Source of the DNA: Gemmatimonadales bacterium
GTDB lineage: Bacteria; Gemmatimonadota; Gemmatimonadetes; Gemmatimonadales; GWC2-71-9
Direction of reading: 5' to 3'
Assembly (NCBI GenBank): GCA_037189525.1
Contig: JBBCJC010000001.1
Location: forward strand, 608,001 to 672,000
DNA: 64,000 bases
Position 1 is the first letter of the stretch, and each line of letters begins with the position of its first letter. The notes under the pieces are model-generated. The model saw only the letters and a list, made by a program, of their open reading frames with translations, was not told where the DNA came from and searched no databases. Shown here piece after piece: positions 58,970 through 64,000 of the stretch. Position numbers and translations under genes: made by a program.

Positions 58970-60376
58970 TCAACTCACGCCGGGATTGGTGAGACTCTTG
59001 ACCAGACGGTACATGAACTCGAGGCCCTCGTAGAAGGCCTGCGCCGAGACGCGCTCGTTCATCCCGTGCGCGCCGCTGTCGCCGTAGAAGAGGCCGGACA
59101 CGCCGTAGACCGGAATGCCGGCGTTCCGGAAGTAGAGCCCGTCGGTGGCGCCGGTGCTCATGGTCGGGATGACCGGCACACCGGGCCACATCTCGGCCGT
59201 GACCCGCTCGATCTGCTTCATCAGATCCGGTGTCAGCGGCGAAGGCGGGCTGTCCTTGGCCTGGTCGACGGGCGTCACCGACACCTTCGGATTACCGATC
59301 ACCCGCTCCAGCGTGCGCTGCACCTCGGCGGCCGATTCGTCCGGAAGGATCCGGCAGTTGACGTTGGCGCGGGCCCGCTGCGGCAGAGCATTGTTCGCGT
59401 GCCCGGCGTCGAGCCGAGTCGCTACGCAGGAGGTGCGCAGCGCGGAGTTGTAGCCGGGGTCCGCCGACAGGGTACGGATCGCGGCCGTGTCGCGCTCATT
59501 GGCGACGACCGCGCGCATCGCGGCGCCGAGCGCGGGGTCGACCAGCGCGGCCGTCCGGCTGAAGTAGGCACGAGTCACTTCGTTGAGGCGCACCGGGAAA
59601 TCGAACGCGCCGATCCCGACCAGTGCCGCGCTCAAGTGGGTGATCGCATTGTCCCTGACCGGCCGCGAGCTGTGGCCGCCCGGGTTGGTCACCTCCAGCG
59701 TGAAGTCCAGGTACTTCTTCTCGCTCGCCTGCACCGCGTTGGCTACCTTGGCCCCATCACGCAGCTGGCCCCCGCCCCCTTCGTTGAACACGAACTCGGC
59801 GTCGACCAGATCGCGACGGTTCTGAAGCAGCCAGACCACCCCGTTGTCCGGCCCGCCTTCTTCGTCGGCGGTCAGCGCCACGATGATATCGCGATCGGGA
59901 ACGTAGCCTTCGGCCTTCATCCGCATGATCAACGCGAGATGAATCGCCCCTTCATCCTTGTCGTCGGCCACGCCGCGCCCATAGAAGTTGCCGTCACGCT
60001 CGATGAACTCGAACGGCGGCAAGGTCCAATCTTCGGGTTTGGCTTCGACGACATCGTGATGCGACAGGAGCAGAATCGGCTTCTTGTTCGACGAGCGCCC
60101 TCGCAACCGGACGATCAGGTTGCCCTTGTTCGGCGCGGACTCGACCACGACGACGTCGGACGCCGGAAATCCGGCCGCGCGGACGCGGGCGGCCATGGCT
60201 TCGGCCGCCTTCGTCATTTCACCACCGGATTGTGAGGTCTGGTATCCGACCAACTCGGCCAGGAGGTCGCGGGCTACCTGCTCCCACTGCGTCAGCTGCC
60301 GGCTCTGCGCACCGGCCGTCGACACGGCCCCGGAGATGAAGGCGAGCGTGACGAGGCCAGCGCGGAGGAAGGTCAT
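58970..60376 (-). CDS. Secreted M20/M25/M40 family peptidase
   Basis: Signal peptide; HHDVV, GRGVADDK, ADEE, GGHSS, GATDG, AHGMNER. Confidence 0.9.
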   Translation of the reverse strand: MTFLRAGLVTLAFISGAVSTAGAQSRQLTQWEQVARDLLAELVGYQTSQSGGEMTKAAEAMAARVRAAGFPASDVVVVESAPNKGNLIVRLRGRSSNKKPILLLSHHDVVEAKPEDWTLPPFEFIERDGNFYGRGVADDKDEGAIHLALIMRMKAEGYVPDRDIIVALTADEEGGPDNGVVWLLQNRRDLVDAEFVFNEGGGGQLRDGAKVANAVQASEKKYLDFTLEVTNPGGHSSRPVRDNAITHLSAALVGIGAFDFPVRLNEVTRAYFSRTAALVDPALGAAMRAVVANERDTAAIRTLSADPGYNSALRTSCVATRLDAGHANNALPQRARANVNCRILPDESAAEVQRTLERVIGNPKVSVTPVDQAKDSPPSPLTPDLMKQIERVTAEMWPGVPVIPTMSTGATDGLYFRNAGIPVYGVSGLFYGDSGAHGMNERVSAQAFYEGLEFMYRLVKSLTNPGVS

Positions 60377-60720
60377 GGGAAGGTCGTCTTGATCCAGTAC
60401 TCGTGCAGCGCCACCAGCGCGACGATGAGGGCGGCCGCAATCAGCAGCGGCCAGACGAACAGGTGGCTGAGCAGCGCGGAGTCCTGTTTGAGATGCATGT
60501 AGAACATCGCCACCAGCGCAAACTTCGCGGCGGACAGGATCAGCAGGATCGGAACCACGATCGGCTCGACCATGCTGTGGAGCGGCATGGTGGGCCGGAC
60601 GCCGATCTCGTAGGCCAGGACCTCGAGCGCCGTCAGCACGAACAGCACGACGCCGATCTTGACGTAGAGGCCGGGCGACGGATGCGCGTGCTCGGCGTGG
60701 CTTTCGCTATGGGATGCCAT
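60373..60720 (-). CDS. ctaF: Cytochrome c oxidase subunit IV
   Basis: LFVLTALEV, KFALVAMFYMHLK; last gene of the cox cluster. Confidence 0.85.
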   Translation of the reverse strand: MASHSESHAEHAHPSPGLYVKIGVVLFVLTALEVLAYEIGVRPTMPLHSMVEPIVVPILLILSAAKFALVAMFYMHLKQDSALLSHLFVWPLLIAAALIVALVALHEYWIKTTFP

Positions 60721-60735
60721 GATCAGGATCCTTCC

Positions 60736-61395
60736 TCAGCGCATCAGGTAGACGACGGGGAAGATCACGATCCACACCACGTCGACGAAGTGCCAATACA
60801 ATGCCGCCAGCTCCAGATTGAGCGCCTTTTCCGGCGGTACCTTGCCGCGAATGGCCAGCACCAGCATCGTCGCGAGCCAGATCACACCGATCGAAACGTG
60901 GGTACCGTGGAACCCGGTCAGCGTATAGAACGTCGACCCGAAGAGATTGGTGCTGTACCCCAATCCCTTGTGGAAGAAGTGATAGAACTCGTAGACCTGC
61001 ATGCCCACGAAGAAGAGGCCGCAGAGAACGGTGGCCGAGAGCCAGCCGATCATCATCTTGCGGTTGCCCTTCTGCGCACCGTAGAGCGCCAGCACGACGA
61101 AGAGCGAGCTGAACAGCAGCACCGCCGTACCGAGCGTGACCAGCGGAATCTCGAAGATCGGCTCGCAGGCCTGTTTGGTGCCGTTGAGGACGCATTCCGA
61201 CGCGTCGTGCGGCAGCGGACCGACCAGGCTCTTGCCCTTGTAGACCAGATAGGTCGAGATCAGCGACGCGAAGAACAGACACTCCGACCCGATGAAGGCC
61301 CAGAGCGCGATCTTGCGGTTGTCCATGCCGGTCGACGTCCAATGATGCTCGTCGATCGCGCCCGGCTCGGAAGTATGAGATGCGGCGTGTGCCAC
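60736..61395 (-). CDS. ctaE: Cytochrome c oxidase subunit III
   Basis: WAFIGSECLFF, FYTLTGFHGTHV, LYWHFVDVVW. Confidence 0.93.
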   Translation of the reverse strand: MAHAASHTSEPGAIDEHHWTSTGMDNRKIALWAFIGSECLFFASLISTYLVYKGKSLVGPLPHDASECVLNGTKQACEPIFEIPLVTLGTAVLLFSSLFVVLALYGAQKGNRKMMIGWLSATVLCGLFFVGMQVYEFYHFFHKGLGYSTNLFGSTFYTLTGFHGTHVSIGVIWLATMLVLAIRGKVPPEKALNLELAALYWHFVDVVWIVIFPVVYLMR

Positions 61396-61469
61396 GTTTC
61401 GAATCTCCAGTTATCTAGCGGGCGAGCGCCGTGCTCGCCCCGTCCCAATCGATTATCGCAGCAACCCGC

Positions 61470-63338
61470 TCAGTGCGCCGGCTCGAACGCCCACCGGTAC
61501 ACACCGTAGAACAGCCAGAGCACGCTGAAGATGGTGAACATCCACCAGCTCGGCCACGTCCGGATGAACAACAGACTGAAGAACACCAGGAACACGCCGA
61601 TCGCGGCCACCAGCGGCCAATACGACGGGTTCGGCATGTGGATGTCCTCGCCGCTGACGAGCTCCGGCTCCGGCAACTCGCCACCCGCCGCTCGCCGCGC
61701 ATCCCACTGCGGCACCGAGCTGTGCACCACCGGCAGCTTCGGGAAATTGAACTCCTGCGGCGGCGACGGAATCGACCATTCCAGGGTGGCGCCATGCCAC
61801 GGATCGGCCGGCGCGTTCCGGGGCCCCCTCCAGGTCTTGATGATGTTGACGATGAAGACCAGGAAGCCGGCCGCGAGCATGAACGAGCCGAAGGTCTCGA
61901 CCCGGTTCCAGAACTCGAAGCCCAAGCCTTCCGGATAGGTATAGACGCGGCGCGGCATGCCGTGCAGGCCGAGGAAGTGCATCGGGAAGAACGTCAGGTT
62001 CATGCCGATGAACATCAGCCAGAAGTGCACCTTGCCCAGCGACTCGTTGAGGAGCCGGCCGAACATCTTGGGCCACCAGTAGTAGGCGCCGGCGGTCAGG
62101 CCGAAGATCGCACCGCCGAAGAGCACGTAGTGGAAGTGCGCCACGATGAAGTAGGTATCGGTCTGCTGCAGGTCGGCCGGCGGCGACGAGTGCATCACGC
62201 CCGACAGACCGCCGATGATGAACAGCGCCACCATCGCAATGGCCGACAGCATGGCCGTGGTGTAGCGGATCGAACCGCCCCACATGGTACCGACCCAGTT
62301 GAATATCTTCACCCCGGTTGGGATCGCGATCACCATCGTCGCAATCGCGAAGAAGGTATCGGCAAACGGGCCCATCCCGGTCGCGAACATGTGGTGACTC
62401 CACACGCCGAAGCCGACGAAGCCGATGAAGATGCCCGAAAAGACCATCGCGGTGTAGCCGAAGAGCGGCTTGCGCGAGAAGACCGGCAGGATCTCCGATG
62501 TGATACCGAAGGCCGGAAGAATCAGGATGTAGACCTCCGGGTGACCGAAGATCCAGAAGAGGTGCTGCCACATGACCGGATCGCCACCGCCGTCCGGCAT
62601 GAAGAAGCTGGAACCGAAGTTCCGGTCGAACATGAGCAGGATCAGCGCCACCGTGATGACCGGGAAGGCCAGCACCAGCAGCACCTGCACCACGAAGCTC
62701 ATCCAGACGAACATCGGCATCCGGAGCATCCGCATCCCCGGCGCCCGCATGTTGACGATGGTGACGAAGAAGTTCACCGCCGCCGCCAGCGAGGCTACGC
62801 CCAGGATCTGCAGACCCAGCACCCAGAAGTCGATGTTGAGCCCCGGCGACGGCGCCGCCGCCGTGGCCGACATGACGCGGGACGACGTCAGGTTCGCATA
62901 GCCGAACCAGCCACCGTCGGGCGGTGTGCCCACGATGAAACTGGCATTGATGAACAAGCCGCCCAGCAGGAAGACCCAGTAACTGAAGGCATTGAGCCGC
63001 GGGAAGGCGACGTCACGCGCGCCGATCTGGATCGGGATGAAGTAGTTGAAGAACATCGCCGACAACGGCATGACCCCGAGAAAGATCATGGTCGTGCCGT
63101 GCATCGTGAACAATGCGTTGAACGTGTCCGGATCGACCAGCTTGCCGTTCGGGCCGATCAGCTGCATTCGCATGATCAGCGCTTCGAGACCGCCCAGCAG
63201 GAAGAACAGGAAGGACGTGGCGCCGTACATGATGCCGATCCGCTTGTGATCGACCGTCGTGATCCAGCTCCAGATCCCCGTCTTCGGGTGAGCGTGCGGA
63301 AGCGCCGGGGGACGATGCTCGAGTACCGAGGTTGCCAT
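61470..63338 (-). CDS. ctaD: Cytochrome c oxidase subunit I (A1 type)
   Basis: DHKRIG, TMHGT, FGHPEVY, WSHHMF, AHFHY, GMPRR. Confidence 0.96.
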   Translation of the reverse strand: MATSVLEHRPPALPHAHPKTGIWSWITTVDHKRIGIMYGATSFLFFLLGGLEALIMRMQLIGPNGKLVDPDTFNALFTMHGTTMIFLGVMPLSAMFFNYFIPIQIGARDVAFPRLNAFSYWVFLLGGLFINASFIVGTPPDGGWFGYANLTSSRVMSATAAAPSPGLNIDFWVLGLQILGVASLAAAVNFFVTIVNMRAPGMRMLRMPMFVWMSFVVQVLLVLAFPVITVALILLMFDRNFGSSFFMPDGGGDPVMWQHLFWIFGHPEVYILILPAFGITSEILPVFSRKPLFGYTAMVFSGIFIGFVGFGVWSHHMFATGMGPFADTFFAIATMVIAIPTGVKIFNWVGTMWGGSIRYTTAMLSAIAMVALFIIGGLSGVMHSSPPADLQQTDTYFIVAHFHYVLFGGAIFGLTAGAYYWWPKMFGRLLNESLGKVHFWLMFIGMNLTFFPMHFLGLHGMPRRVYTYPEGLGFEFWNRVETFGSFMLAAGFLVFIVNIIKTWRGPRNAPADPWHGATLEWSIPSPPQEFNFPKLPVVHSSVPQWDARRAAGGELPEPELVSGEDIHMPNPSYWPLVAAIGVFLVFFSLLFIRTWPSWWMFTIFSVLWLFYGVYRWAFEPAH

Positions 63339-63350
63339 GGCTTCGTCGCC

Positions 63351-64000
63351 TTATTTGTGCATCCGGAGATACGCCACCAGCGCGTCGATCTCCGTTTCAG
63401 TGAGCGGCCGGGGCAGAATCATGTGGCTGCCCTTTTTCATCCCCTGCGGGTCCCGAAGCCATGCGGCCAGGTTCGCCGGGGTGTTCTCATACATATTGGC
63501 GCCGAGCGTGGTGCGGCTGCCGAAGTGACTGAGGTTGGGACCACGCAACGTCATGGCGCCCGCGAGCGGAGTACCGGCCATGGCGTGACAGGTCATACAA
63601 CCGCCGGCCACGAAGGCCGCCTGACCCTTGGTGTGAATGGTGTCGGCCTTCCAGACGCTGTCGACGCCCGGCGCGACTCGGCCACCCTCGACCAGCGGCG
63701 ACCCCACCCGGCGCGCGGCGATCCACGCATCGAAATCGGCATCCGACTTGACGATGACGCGCAAGCCCATCGTCGCGTGCTGGATGCCGCACAGCTCGGC
63801 GCACTGCCCGGTGTAATCGCCCACCGAGTCGGCCGTGAACCAGAGCGGATTGATCTTGGGATACTTGGTGTTCGGGAACACCGGGAAGACGTCGCGCTTG
63901 GCAGCCAGCTGCGGCGACCAGAAGCTGTGGATCACGTCGGCGCTCCACATCTTGAGGCCGATCATCTTGCTGACCGGTACCACCATCTCGTTGGCCGTCA
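63351..64000 (-). CDS. ctaC: Cytochrome c oxidase subunit II with fused cytochrome c (caa3 type), partial
   Basis: CuA motif DVIHSFW...CAELCGIQHATM; heme motif CMTCH; runs off the window end. Confidence 0.93.
   Translation of the reverse strand, partial: TANEMVVPVSKMIGLKMWSADVIHSFWSPQLAAKRDVFPVFPNTKYPKINPLWFTADSVGDYTGQCAELCGIQHATMGLRVIVKSDADFDAWIAARRVGSPLVEGGRVAPGVDSVWKADTIHTKGQAAFVAGGCMTCHAMAGTPLAGAMTLRGPNLSHFGSRTTLGANMYENTPANLAAWLRDPQGMKKGSHMILPRPLTETEIDALVAYLRMHK

Overview
High-GC bacterial chromosome segment with about 52 CDS. The gene style (many signal-peptide hydrolases, Ig-repeat lipoproteins, a kinase-type PD40 remnant) suggests Gemmatimonadota, but this is inference. 1-8 kb holds stress and detox genes: alkA tail, two VOC proteins, DinB, an ankyrin protein behind a structured leader, a PQQ sugar dehydrogenase and katG. 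8-35 kb is an accessory tract of mostly exported hydrolases: 5 SxxK serine hydrolases, 3 amidohydrolases, M1/M14/M20/M55/CPBP peptidases, an MBL-fold enzyme and a GNAT. It also carries a BlaI/BlaR1-like module with two visible operators, dps and a gene remnant. 35-64 kb looks more core-like: alpha-2-macroglobulin/pbpC, OmpA, EamA, AI-2E, a hybrid kinase, an Ig-repeat lipoprotein, tesA/ybbAP, a plant/Chlamydia-type fabI, GDPD and a caa3-type cytochrome c oxidase operon. I recognised no rRNA, tRNA, CRISPR array, integrase or transposase. Best leads: a switch-like RNA leader sequestering the ankyrin-gene SD (about 1650-1790), TACA-N3-TGTA BlaI-type operators, an in-frame amber at a Trp position in an amidohydrolase, and a ~130-nt near-perfect intergenic hairpin. 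All calls come from motif reading by eye; no searches were run.
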